From NCBI GenBank assembly GCA_965277785.1, contig CBDIDP010000014.1:570299-634298 (forward strand): DNA of 64,000 bases, given 5' to 3'. The DNA is from Caulobacteraceae bacterium (GTDB taxonomy: Bacteria; Pseudomonadota; Alphaproteobacteria; Caulobacterales; Caulobacteraceae). A program made the position numbers and the translations under genes. Below are positions 26,994 to 36,032 of this stretch, in pieces (the stretch's first letter is position 1; each line of letters begins with the position of its first letter). The notes below the pieces were generated by a model. The model had not been told where the DNA came from. It searched no databases and saw nothing but the letters and a program-made list of their open reading frames with translations.

Positions 26994-28463
26994 ATGCCGT
27001 TCTCCCCGCGCTACGCGCCCGACCCCCGATTCCAGGCCCTCGGCGCGGAGTTCGCCGACCCGGTCCGGCCGGCGGAGTTTCCGGAGGCGCGGCCGAGGTT
27101 CTGGAACGCGCGCGCCGCTGAGACCGTCGGCCTGGGCGACCTCGACGCCGACGAACAGGCGCGCCATTTCGCCAGGTTCGTGGCTCTGCCCGACAACCAG
27201 CGCGAGCCGCTGGCGATGCGCTACCACGGCCACCAATTCCGTGTTTACAACCCGGACCTGGGCGACGGCCGGGGGTTCCTGTTCGCCCAGCTTCGCGAGG
27301 CGGCTGCCGGCCGCCTGCTCGACTTTGGAACCAAGGGCTCCGGTGGCACGCCGTGGTCGCGCGGCGGCGATGGCCGACTGACCCTGAAGGGCGGGGTGCG
27401 CGAAGTCTTGGCGACCGCCATGCTGGAGGCGCTCGGCGTGCCGACCTCCCGCTCCTTTGCCCTTTACGAGACCGGCGAGGCGCTGGAGCGCACCGACGAA
27501 CCCAGCCCGACGCGCGGCGCGGTGCTGACGCGGCTGTCCCACAGCCACATCCGCTTCGGTTCGTTCCAGCGGCACGCGGCGCTGGAGCGGCCGGAGCTGA
27601 TCCGGACGCTGATGGATCACGTGATCGAGGTCTACTACCCGGAACTCGGCGACGCAGCGGACCGCGCCGCCGCCCTGCTCGCCGCCGTCGCCGCCAAGAG
27701 CGCGCACCTCGCAGCACGCTGGATGACCGCCGGTTTCGTCCACGGCGTGCTCAACACCGACAACATGAACATCAACGGCGAGAGCTTCGACTACGGGCCT
27801 TATCGCTTTCTGCCGAGGAACGATCCCAACTTCGTCGCCGCCTATTTCGACTCCGGCGGCCTCTACAGCTTCGGCCGCCAGCCGGAGGCGGTCTTCTGGA
27901 ACCTGCGCCAGCTCGCGGGCGCCTTCAGCCTCGTTTCGCCGACCGAGCCGCTGGTCGACGCCCTGAACGGCTTCGCCGCCGCCTATCGCGCTTCGCTTGG
28001 CGCCGCCATGCTGGCGAGACTCGGCGTGACCGCGCGCGACGAGGCGGCCGACCTCGACCTCGTCAACGCCGCCTTCCGCGCCCTGGTCGACGGCGGCGAA
28101 GCGCTGCGCTGGGAGCCGTTCTTTGTCGACTGGTACGGCGGCGCAGCGTCGGAAGCCCGCGCCATGGGCGGCGTTCGCGCGGAACTCTATGGCAGCGAAG
28201 CGTTCGTCGCCTTCCGCACCCTGCTCGGCTCCTATTCGGCAAGCCCCGCTGTCGATCTGTCGGCCGACTACTTCGAACGTCCAGACCCGGAGGAACTGCT
28301 CTACGACGAGATCGAATCGATCTGGGCCGCCATCGCCGACCGCAACGACTGGTCGCCGTTCGAGGCAAAGCTGGCGGCAATTGAAGGCGCGCGGCGGGGG
28401 TGGAACTACTCGCCCACTCAAACCACCCGACCCTCGACACCGTCACCCCGGACGGCAGCGTAG
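26994..28463 (+). CDS. selO: Protein adenylyltransferase SelO (YdiU/UPF0061)
   Basis: YHGHQF, LGDGRG, KGSG.TPWSRGGDGR, HGVLNTDNM. Confidence 0.92.
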   Translation: MPFSPRYAPDPRFQALGAEFADPVRPAEFPEARPRFWNARAAETVGLGDLDADEQARHFARFVALPDNQREPLAMRYHGHQFRVYNPDLGDGRGFLFAQLREAAAGRLLDFGTKGSGGTPWSRGGDGRLTLKGGVREVLATAMLEALGVPTSRSFALYETGEALERTDEPSPTRGAVLTRLSHSHIRFGSFQRHAALERPELIRTLMDHVIEVYYPELGDAADRAAALLAAVAAKSAHLAARWMTAGFVHGVLNTDNMNINGESFDYGPYRFLPRNDPNFVAAYFDSGGLYSFGRQPEAVFWNLRQLAGAFSLVSPTEPLVDALNGFAAAYRASLGAAMLARLGVTARDEAADLDLVNAAFRALVDGGEALRWEPFFVDWYGGAASEARAMGGVRAELYGSEAFVAFRTLLGSYSASPAVDLSADYFERPDPEELLYDEIESIWAAIADRNDWSPFEAKLAAIEGARRGWNYSPTQTTRPSTPSPRTAA

Positions 28464-28590
28464 CGCAGCGGAGCGACGATCCGGGGCCTAGGGGACCGGG
28501 CGCGACCTTACGCGGCGGCGATAGCTTCGCGCTGCAACCCCTGGGTCCCGGGCCTCCGCGACGCTACGCTCTGCTCCGCCCGGGATGACG
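28441..28590. repeat. Family C palindromic repeat
   Basis: CGTCACCCCGG...CCGGGATGACG termini; inner GGGGACCGGG/CTGGGTCCCG. Confidence 0.75.
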
Positions 28591-28599
28591 TGATTGGGG

Positions 28600-29373
28600 T
28601 TACACCTTTGCGATAGACGCCTTGATCAGCGCGCGACGCTCCTCGGGGCGCAGCTCCCGCCAGCGGCCCTCCGGCAGATCGCCCAGCGCCAGCGGCCCGA
28701 TCCGGATTCGCCGCAGGTCGGCGACCTTGAGTTGCACCAGATCGCACATCCGGCGGATTTGGCGTTTGCGGCCCTCTCGAAGGATGAAGCGCAGCCCACC
28801 GTCCCCTATCGGGGTAATCTTTGCCGGCTTGAGCTGCCGGCCGTCGAGCTTCAGGCCGAAGCGCAGTTGCGCCAGCTTGCGGTCGGTCACCGTCCCGAAC
28901 ACCCGGACGAAATATTCCTTCTCCAGCTCGGAGTCCGGTCCGATGATCGCCTTGGCCAGGACGCCGTCGCTTGAGAGCAGCAGCAGACCGCGCGAATCCA
29001 TGTCGAGCCGCCCGAGCGGGGCCAGGCTGGTATCGCGGTCGGGCATGACGGCGCTCGCGCCGACCAGCGCCTCGGCGGTCAGCAGCCGGACGGCGGGGAT
29101 TTGGCCCTGTTCCGGCTGGGCGGAGACGACGCCGACCGGCTTGTTCAGCACGGCGGTGAACGCGCCGTGTCCCGCTTCCATGTCGTCGGCGACAGCCAGG
29201 GTTTGGCCGGCTTCGATCTTGCGGCCGGGATCGTCGACCCGAACGCCGTCGATCGACACCAGGCCGCGCGCGATCAGGCCCTCGGCTTCGCGCCGGGAGC
29301 ACACGCCGCTGTGCGCCAGCCAGCGGTTGATCCGGCTGGGTTCGGCGTCGGTGTAGCGCCCTGACCACGCCAT
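28600..29373 (-). CDS. S4-domain rRNA pseudouridine synthase (RsuA/RluB/E/F family)
   Basis: INRWLA..GVCSRREAE, LNKPVG, LGRLDMDSRGLLL, EGRKRQIRRM. Confidence 0.92.
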   Translation of the reverse strand: MAWSGRYTDAEPSRINRWLAHSGVCSRREAEGLIARGLVSIDGVRVDDPGRKIEAGQTLAVADDMEAGHGAFTAVLNKPVGVVSAQPEQGQIPAVRLLTAEALVGASAVMPDRDTSLAPLGRLDMDSRGLLLLSSDGVLAKAIIGPDSELEKEYFVRVFGTVTDRKLAQLRFGLKLDGRQLKPAKITPIGDGGLRFILREGRKRQIRRMCDLVQLKVADLRRIRIGPLALGDLPEGRWRELRPEERRALIKASIAKV

Positions 29374-31376
29374 CAGGGCCGCACCGTCACCCCGACGAGG
29401 ATCAGGCGCGGCGGTCCGTAGCTCACGGTGTTGTCCGCCGTGCGTCCGGTCTGGATCGCGGCGTCGAACAGGTTCTCGGCGGCGGCGAACACGGTGACGG
29501 TGCGGGTCACCGCGACATCGGCGCGCAGATCGGCGGTTCCGCCAGGCGCGAGCCGCCGGCTGTTGCGGTCGTCGTCGAACCGCGCGCTCTCGTAGCGAGC
29601 CTCGGCGAGCAGGGTCAGGCGCGCGAGCGGTCGCCAGCTCGCCCCGGCGGTCATCGTCAGCCTCGGCGTCTCGGCGGGACGCAGGCCGGTGAGCGCCGGC
29701 GCCACGGCTCCGCCGTCGACGCGGGCGTAGGTATAGTCCGCCGCCAACCGCGCACCGATCCGGCCCCAATCGCGCCGGGCGGACGCCTCCAGGCCCCAGG
29801 CGTCGATGTGGTCGACGTTGCGGCGCTGGAACAGCGCGCCGCCGGCGGGGATGAAGCCTTCCACCGGATCGGTGAACGGCCCGGCGCGCACGGTGGCGTT
29901 GATCACCGCGTCGTTCAGGCGATTGTAGAACCCCGTGGCGTCCCACACGACACCGGCCGCGTTCCCGCCGACGCCGACCTCGGCGCCGTACAGCTTTTCC
30001 GGTTTCAATGTGGGGTTGGCCTCGGTCACGTCCGAACCGACACGGAAGGGCCGGTCGAGCTCGTTCAAGGTCGCGGGGCGGAAGCCGACATAGGTCGCGG
30101 CGCGCGCATAGAGGTCGCCGCCGAGGTCTCGCCGCACGGCGAGGCGGGCGGTGGGTAGGGCGCCGCCCTGGTCGGCGGGATGCTGGGCGACGGTGGCCGC
30201 GCCGCCGGGGACCGCGAACTCCAGCCGGCGGCTCGCGAGATCGCCCCAGCCGTCCAGCCGCGCGCCGCCGGTGATCAGCCACGGCCCGAAGCTCCGTGAG
30301 GCTTCGACATAAGCGCCGCCGACGATCGTCTCGCCGCCGGCGAACCGCCGCCGGGTCGGGGCGCCGGCGACGTATTTGAACAGCTCCCGGCTCTCGCCCA
30401 CCGCGCCCCGAGCGTCGGCGCCGATCTCGACGCTGCCGGTTCCCACCGTCCAGCGCAGCAGGCCGCCGACGCCGTAGCCGGTCGCGGGGGTGGCGTACTG
30501 GTCGTCGGACAGCGTTGCGCTCGCCCGCCCCGGCGCGACGCTGACCGAGGTGTTCAGCAGATTCGAGCGATCGACCCAGGCGCGGAGCTGATAACCCGCG
30601 TCGCGTCCTGCGGGCGCGCGGGTCAGGCTGACGCTGGCCTGGCCGCCGCCGTCGCGGGACACCGCTCCGGCCAGTCCCGATCCGCGATCCTCGTTGTAGC
30701 CGGCGACCCGCACCGCCAGCACATCCGCGCCGAGGCTCGCCACCCATCGCGCCGAGCTGCTGTAGGCATGGAGATCGAGCGCGGTGTCGGCGGCGCCGCG
30801 GCCGGCGCGGACCGGGATGTAGCCGTCGGCGCTCTCGCCCGCCGCCGCCAGCGACAGCACGCCGGGACCGAGCTTCAGCGCGACGAGACCCTGCCCCTGC
30901 CGGTCGCCCAGAGTTCCCGCCGACGCCTCCCCCGCGACTTGTCCGGGCGCCAAGTCGCGCGAGGTCAGGTCGATCACTCCGGTCAGAGCGCCCGCGCCAT
31001 ACGGCCCCGCGCCGGCGCCGCGCACGATCGACACCGCGCCAATGGTCTGCTGCGGCAGCCCAGACCAGATCACCCAGCCGCCGAACGGATCGCCCTGCGG
31101 CACGCCGTCCAGGGTCACCAGCGCACGCCCCGCGCCCGAACCGGCGATGGAGCGCAGCGAGATCCCCTGCACCGTCGGGTTCGCCGACAGGCTGGAGTTG
31201 CGCCGGAACAGCGACACGCCGGGCACGCTCTCCAGCGCCTCGTCCAGCCGGGGCGAGGCGCGCAGGGCCTCGTCACCGATGCGCACGATCGAAAAGGCGG
31301 CGTCGCCGACCGGGTCGGGCAGCCGAGCCGCGCGCACCACCACCGCCTCGACCGGAGGAGGGGCGTCGGCGCTCAT
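29373..31376 (-). CDS. TonB-dependent receptor
   Basis: TonB-box-like EAVVVRA; plug LVTLDGVP; LNELDRPF; ENLFD; terminal VTVRP; ATG 31376 overlaps the tfoX-like stop. Confidence 0.85.
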   Translation of the reverse strand: MSADAPPPVEAVVVRAARLPDPVGDAAFSIVRIGDEALRASPRLDEALESVPGVSLFRRNSSLSANPTVQGISLRSIAGSGAGRALVTLDGVPQGDPFGGWVIWSGLPQQTIGAVSIVRGAGAGPYGAGALTGVIDLTSRDLAPGQVAGEASAGTLGDRQGQGLVALKLGPGVLSLAAAGESADGYIPVRAGRGAADTALDLHAYSSSARWVASLGADVLAVRVAGYNEDRGSGLAGAVSRDGGGQASVSLTRAPAGRDAGYQLRAWVDRSNLLNTSVSVAPGRASATLSDDQYATPATGYGVGGLLRWTVGTGSVEIGADARGAVGESRELFKYVAGAPTRRRFAGGETIVGGAYVEASRSFGPWLITGGARLDGWGDLASRRLEFAVPGGAATVAQHPADQGGALPTARLAVRRDLGGDLYARAATYVGFRPATLNELDRPFRVGSDVTEANPTLKPEKLYGAEVGVGGNAAGVVWDATGFYNRLNDAVINATVRAGPFTDPVEGFIPAGGALFQRRNVDHIDAWGLEASARRDWGRIGARLAADYTYARVDGGAVAPALTGLRPAETPRLTMTAGASWRPLARLTLLAEARYESARFDDDRNSRRLAPGGTADLRADVAVTRTVTVFAAAENLFDAAIQTGRTADNTVSYGPPRLILVGVTVRP

Positions 31377-31711
31377 CCGCGACGCTTGGCCTTCTCCGGC
31401 GCGCGAAGAGCCGCTTCCCAGGCCAGCTTCGCCCAAGTCGCCATGGCGTCTGGATCGTCGAGCGCCGCGTCGGGGACGGTCCAATACGGCATCGCCACCG
31501 GCTTGCCGCCGGGCCTCTGATAGATCCACTGCTCCGCTCCGGCCGCCTCGAACGCCGGCGCGGAGATAGCGTCGGCCTTCAACCGAAGCACGCCGCCGAT
31601 CTCCGCCGCCACCATCCTGCCCTGATGATAAACGCCCCTGCCGCCGAACATCCGCCGAACCGTGACAGGTCCCACCGCGGCGAACAGCTCCTCGACATCG
31701 TCGTTGATCAT
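31373..31711 (-). CDS. TfoX/Sxy N-terminal domain family protein
   Basis: VRRMFGGRGVY, LRLKAD, MPYWTVPD. Confidence 0.85.
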   Translation of the reverse strand: MINDDVEELFAAVGPVTVRRMFGGRGVYHQGRMVAAEIGGVLRLKADAISAPAFEAAGAEQWIYQRPGGKPVAMPYWTVPDAALDDPDAMATWAKLAWEAALRAPEKAKRRG

Positions 31712-31784
31712 CGCCTTGTCCGCGTCCTGGATCGGCCTAAAGCTGAAGCGTTGCTTTAGGTGGAGCGAAACCATAAACCTAATC

Positions 31785-32723
31785 GTGACGCTGAACGCCG
31801 TGTTCGCTTGCCTCAGCCTGTCCGCCGCCCGGGCGAGCGTGGCGGATCCGCCCGCGTGGCCGCCGCTGTACGTCGACTGCCGGGGCCAGCCGTCGGCGTC
31901 GCCCACCGTGATCCTCGAGGCCGGAGCGTTCGGGACCTCGGCGGACTGGGACTACATCCTGGACGACCTCGCGCCCGGCGGCCGGGTCTGCGCCTACGAC
32001 CGCGCCGGGATCGGCCGATCGCCGGACCGGCCGGGCGACCGCGGCGTGCTGGCCAAGGCGGGCGAGCTCAACGGCCTGCTGGACCAGATCGGCGAGACGC
32101 GCCCGGTGATCCTGGTCGGCCACTCAAACGGCGCGCTCTACATCGAAGCCTTCGCCCGCCTGTTTCCACAGCGAGTCGCGGGCCTGGTCTATGTCAACGG
32201 CGTCAACGCCGACGCCGCCGACGATCCGCTGCTGCTGAGCGACCTGCGCACCGAGCGGGAGCTGTCGGATCTCGCCGCGCTCGGGGCGCATCTGGGCCTC
32301 GCGCCGCTGGTCGCCGGCAAGCTGACCGACGACGAGCACCTCGCCCCCGCCGCCGCGGCGCGCAAACGCCAGGCGCTGGACTGCGTCCGCTGCCTCACCG
32401 TCTCGCGCGACGAGGACCGCCTGATCGTCACCGGTCTCGACGCGGTGAACCGGCTGGGCGCCGAGGCCGTGCGCCATATCCCGACCGTGGTCATCTCCGG
32501 ATCGCCCTATCCCAAACAGCGCCTCGCCGCCGCCTGGCGCGCCGCCGAGGTCAAGCCGGCGGCGCTGGCCGACCGCTCCTGGGTGCTCGACGCCCCCGGC
32601 GCCACCCACGTCTCCCCCCTGGCGCGCGACCGGGCTTATATCGACGCGGCCGTGGGCTGGCTGCGCGCGCCGTTCACCACGCCCCCACGTTCTGCATCGA
32701 CGTCCACGGCTCCGCCGGAGTGA
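31785..32723 (+). CDS. Alpha/beta-fold hydrolase
   Basis: [15 protein letters not shown] nucleophile elbow, THVSPL; start uncertain. Confidence 0.8.
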   Translation: MTLNAVFACLSLSAARASVADPPAWPPLYVDCRGQPSASPTVILEAGAFGTSADWDYILDDLAPGGRVCAYDRAGIGRSPDRPGDRGVLAKAGELNGLLDQIGETRPVILVGHSNGALYIEAFARLFPQRVAGLVYVNGVNADAADDPLLLSDLRTERELSDLAALGAHLGLAPLVAGKLTDDEHLAPAAAARKRQALDCVRCLTVSRDEDRLIVTGLDAVNRLGAEAVRHIPTVVISGSPYPKQRLAAAWRAAEVKPAALADRSWVLDAPGATHVSPLARDRAYIDAAVGWLRAPFTTPPRSASTSTAPPE

Positions 32724-33114
32724 GCGCCGGACCGGCCTGGAGCAGCTCGATGGAGATGCCATCCGGCGAGCGCACAAAGGCCATCCGACCGTCGCGCGGC
32801 GGCCGGTTGATGGTCACCCCGCCATCCATCAGGCGCTGGCACGTACCGTGGATGTCGTCCACCGCATAGGCCAAGTGGCCGAAGTTGCGCCCGCCCTGAT
32901 AGTCCTCCGGATCGTAATTGTAGGTCAGCTCCACCGTCGGCGTGCGCTTCTCCTTCGCCGCGTCGGCGTCGCCGGGCGCCGCGAGGAAGACCAGGGTGAA
33001 CTTGCCCGCCGGATTGTCGACCCGCGAGATCTCCTCCAGCCCGAGCTTGGCGCAATAGAAGTCCAGCGCCGCGTCCAGGTCGCGGACGCGCACCATCGTG
33101 TGCAGATATTTCAT
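32674..33114 (-). CDS. gloA: Lactoylglutathione lyase / VOC family
   Basis: [37 protein letters not shown]. Confidence 0.9.
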   Translation of the reverse strand: MKYLHTMVRVRDLDAALDFYCAKLGLEEISRVDNPAGKFTLVFLAAPGDADAAKEKRTPTVELTYNYDPEDYQGGRNFGHLAYAVDDIHGTCQRLMDGGVTINRPPRDGRMAFVRSPDGISIELLQAGPALTPAEPWTSMQNVGAW

Positions 33115-33173
33115 GGGGAGGGCTCCGGTAGGTCGGGTTGATGCGTCATAGCGCGCTCCAGGGCTCTCTTCCA

Positions 33174-33281
33174 CTTCTCCCGTAGGGAGAAGGAGGGGCC
33201 TACGCGCCCTCTCGCGCGTGGGAAGATGAGGGGTTACGGAGTTCCAGAACTTGGCGCGGCGTTCGGCTACACCGTAGCCCC
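33174..33281. repeat. Family A repeat lacking its right arm
   Basis: CTTCTCCCGTAGGGAGAAGG...GAGGGGTTACGG...ACACCGTAGCCCC, then similarity to the 12337 copy stops. Confidence 0.75.
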
Positions 33282-33303
33282 AGCCTGCAGTGCGATCGCG
33301 GCG

Positions 33304-33771
33304 CTAGCCGAACAGCGTGTCGTCTTCCGGCAACGGGGCGATCGGCCGTTCGAAGTGGAACATCCCTTCAGGTCCATTGTAGGTGACGATGAAGTGCTTG
33401 AGAAACGAGCGCCCGAGCAACACGCGGCTGGAGGGGTGAGACATGCTCAACGCGTGGAAGCGCGTGAGTTCGTCGAACTCAAGCGCGGGAACGATGAGGC
33501 GGCCAAGGTAGACCGATGCTTGTAGCCGCGCGTCGCCGACGACTTCGAGGCTCGTGTTCCGATCGATCAGCTTGAGCCCAGCCTTCGCTGCAAGTCGATC
33601 GTCGATACACACCGTTGAAGCGCCCGTGTCGATGAGACCCTGAGCAACTATTCCCGCGAAGGCGGAACCAGCGGCGCATATTTGAATCTGGATGATCGGG
33701 CCGGTATCGGCCAACCCGCTTTGTCGCTGAACAGCCGACCCGCCGTCCGCGCCGAAAACCGGCCGGCGCAC
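33304..33771 (-). CDS. Retropepsin-like (clan AA) aspartic protease
   Basis: GLIDTGAS catalytic motif and VLLGRSFL psi-loop motif; GTG start 3 nt after the upstream stop. Confidence 0.8.
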   Translation of the reverse strand: MRRPVFGADGGSAVQRQSGLADTGPIIQIQICAAGSAFAGIVAQGLIDTGASTVCIDDRLAAKAGLKLIDRNTSLEVVGDARLQASVYLGRLIVPALEFDELTRFHALSMSHPSSRVLLGRSFLKHFIVTYNGPEGMFHFERPIAPLPEDDTLFG

Positions 33772-33774
33772 CCG

Positions 33775-33999
33775 TCAGCCGACCGAGATGAACGGAATGA
33801 ACTCCGGCTCCGGGTCGGTGTGCCGGATCAGGAAGTCGGCGTCGGGGAACTTGGCAATGGCGAAATGAGCGGCGGCGTCGAATTCGGCGAAATGCCCTTG
33901 GGGTTCGGAGCCGACGACAACCACCCAGCTCGGACCCCAGGTCGAGCGGTATTGTCCGACATTACGCTCGAAAGCGTCGATTTCCGTCTGTAGGGCCAT
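33775..33999 (-). CDS. 74-aa acidic small protein (DUF5678-like) coupled to the retropepsin
   Basis: ALQTEIDAFERN...WVVVVG...F..F..A...AIAKFP..DFLIRH; GGCGGGGA before ATG. Confidence 0.65.
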   Translation of the reverse strand: MALQTEIDAFERNVGQYRSTWGPSWVVVVGSEPQGHFAEFDAAAHFAIAKFPDADFLIRHTDPEPEFIPFISVG

Positions 34000-34110
34000 T
34001 CCCCGCCTCGCCAACTTTGGGCCGCTCGCGAATCAGGCTTACCACCAGTCGCGCGATTGAAGAATCCCTGCTTCGGCTAATTCGGTTCGACTTGCCCGCC
34101 GCCCAAGCGT

Positions 34111-34370
34111 GCGGCCTAGACGTGGGACCGCCCGAAGAAGACCAACGTCAGCCTGCGCCGCGCCAAACAGTTCGCCCTGATCCAGCCCACCACCAAGATC
34201 CGCATCGACCTCGGCCTGAACCTCCACGGCCGCCAACCCGGCCGGGAGATTGGAGGAGTCGGGCAGCTTCCACGCCATGTTCACCCACCGGGTGAAGCTG
34301 GGCGCGGCGGCGGAGGTGGACGACGAGGTGCGGGGACGGTTGCGGGAGGCTTATGGGGAGACGGGGGTGA
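34111..34370 (+). pseudogene. 5'-truncated, frameshifted DUF5655/DUF4287-like gene remnant
   Basis: PKKTNVSLRRAKQFALIQPTTKIRIDLGLNL, then in the next frame GRLEESGSFHAMFTHRVKL...VDDEVRGRLREAY; TAG at 34117-34119 in the first frame. Confidence 0.7.
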
Positions 34371-34382
34371 GGTCTCGCGTCT

Positions 34383-35954
34383 TCAAATCCGCATCGAAGC
34401 AGGAATCTTTTTCAGGTCTTCCTCGCGGAGGATGGCGCGCCGGATAGAACGATAATCATCCTTAGGAACCTCGGCAGCTTCGTCGTCATCAACAGTGAAA
34501 AGCGCCTCCGGCGCCCGCGTCGTGTTGATTAATTCAACATAGCAGCCATCGTCAATCTTGTATACGTCATAACGACTACCGGGTTCATCGTTCGATGATA
34601 CGTTGCGTTTGAGTATGTGAAGAAGACGAGCATCAAAAAGCTGATCGATTATGAGGTGCCTCGAATTGCTCGCATATAAGAAAGCTCTAGCTCTCCTCTT
34701 CCCAATTACTTCATCAACAATCATCGCAAGGGCATCTTGCAATTCGGGCGTGGTGCGCGTGATCGCCGCCTTGTCCTGCTGGTACCAATCTCGCGCTGCC
34801 GTTCTCACGTCATTAACCGCTATAAGTTGGCCAAAGGCTCGCGAGACTGCTGCTGAACAGAGATTGAGCGCGTCTCGAGGCACTCCCTCTACCGCTCGAA
34901 CAAATTCTTCGAAGGCGGGCCATTGTGTGAATAGTTTACCAATTAAAATATCCGGATTATGTATTGACTCAAGGGAATCCACAATATTCTTATAATGTCT
35001 ATAAAGCAGTGTCTTGAAGAAATCGGTAGCCTTGGTCTGATCGTTATCGAAGACTAGGAAGTTATCTAAATTCACGTCAGCGAAAATATCCGCACCGAGT
35101 TCCAGCCCCACATACTCACCGTTTGGACGTTGAAGACTAAACACTGATCGATGTTCGATCGCCGCAATTTTCAACGTTACGTTGCGAACTGTGACCACAG
35201 TCCGCCGAAGAAGGTCCGCCAAAAATGGCTGAAGATCAAATGGCACTTCGCTCCACTCATCAAGCAGAAGCCAGACATGATCAACGTTTAGGCGTTCTAT
35301 CAAGTCTCTTAGTGACGCGGCTATATTTCCAAAGTCGAGGTGCAGTCTAGAGTCACCCTCAAGAGAAGACGTTTCTTCGATCGATGAATTTGATTTTGAA
35401 CCAAATCCAAACTTTGCGCTTATGTCGCTGATGCTGCCCTTCAAGCCCCCCTCAAGAGAACGTTCGCGCCCTGCAATAGCTTTTGATGACTCCGTCGCTG
35501 TGCCGGTAATCCGGAAGGTAGAGATAGACTGCCGTAGATTATCTAGCAGGAGCGTAAGCTGGCCGGGATCAGGGTGGCCGTCAATTTGTTCAATTGCTAG
35601 ATTTGTTAACTCCGAGTGTATCGCCGTTAAAACGTCAACTATAAGGGTAGCTGCTCGGGTGGAAAGAGTTTGGGACGGATCGGAATAAATTGATGAGCTC
35701 GAACCTATAGTTCTCAAATCCATATATATTGGCAGTTCATTTTGCGTCACGACGTGTTCCGCAAGATATTTCAGTGCGTGGGTCTTGCCGGTGCCACGTC
35801 GTCCATAAATAACTTGGTTATTTCGCGTCGACATCATATCAAATAAAGGTTCAGAGTCTACAAACGTGGCTACTAAGAGCTCGTCGTTCGTTTTTTCCGC
35901 TCGCTTGCTAATGCCAATGAGTGCTCGATGAATTCCTTTGATGTCTTCGTCCAA
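34383..35954 (-). CDS. Low-GC P-loop NTPase (ORC/CDC6-like or STAND-like), function unknown
   Basis: Walker A IYGRRGTGKT, Walker B LLLDEWSE; 523 aa; GC about 45-50% by eye; TTG start. Confidence 0.8.
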   Translation of the reverse strand: MDEDIKGIHRALIGISKRAEKTNDELLVATFVDSEPLFDMMSTRNNQVIYGRRGTGKTHALKYLAEHVVTQNELPIYMDLRTIGSSSSIYSDPSQTLSTRAATLIVDVLTAIHSELTNLAIEQIDGHPDPGQLTLLLDNLRQSISTFRITGTATESSKAIAGRERSLEGGLKGSISDISAKFGFGSKSNSSIEETSSLEGDSRLHLDFGNIAASLRDLIERLNVDHVWLLLDEWSEVPFDLQPFLADLLRRTVVTVRNVTLKIAAIEHRSVFSLQRPNGEYVGLELGADIFADVNLDNFLVFDNDQTKATDFFKTLLYRHYKNIVDSLESIHNPDILIGKLFTQWPAFEEFVRAVEGVPRDALNLCSAAVSRAFGQLIAVNDVRTAARDWYQQDKAAITRTTPELQDALAMIVDEVIGKRRARAFLYASNSRHLIIDQLFDARLLHILKRNVSSNDEPGSRYDVYKIDDGCYVELINTTRAPEALFTVDDDEAAEVPKDDYRSIRRAILREEDLKKIPASMRI

Positions 35955-36032
35955 CGTTCAGGCGCTTTCAGCTGACGATCTTCTTCAATTAGCACGCGGT
36001 GCGGTTCTGTTGAGAATCGCTCAAATTTTAGG

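Noticed and set aside
32674-32723. 50-bp convergent overlap of the hydrolase and gloA
   Set aside because: Short 3' overlaps are common in GC-rich genomes, and the overlapping tail is low-information
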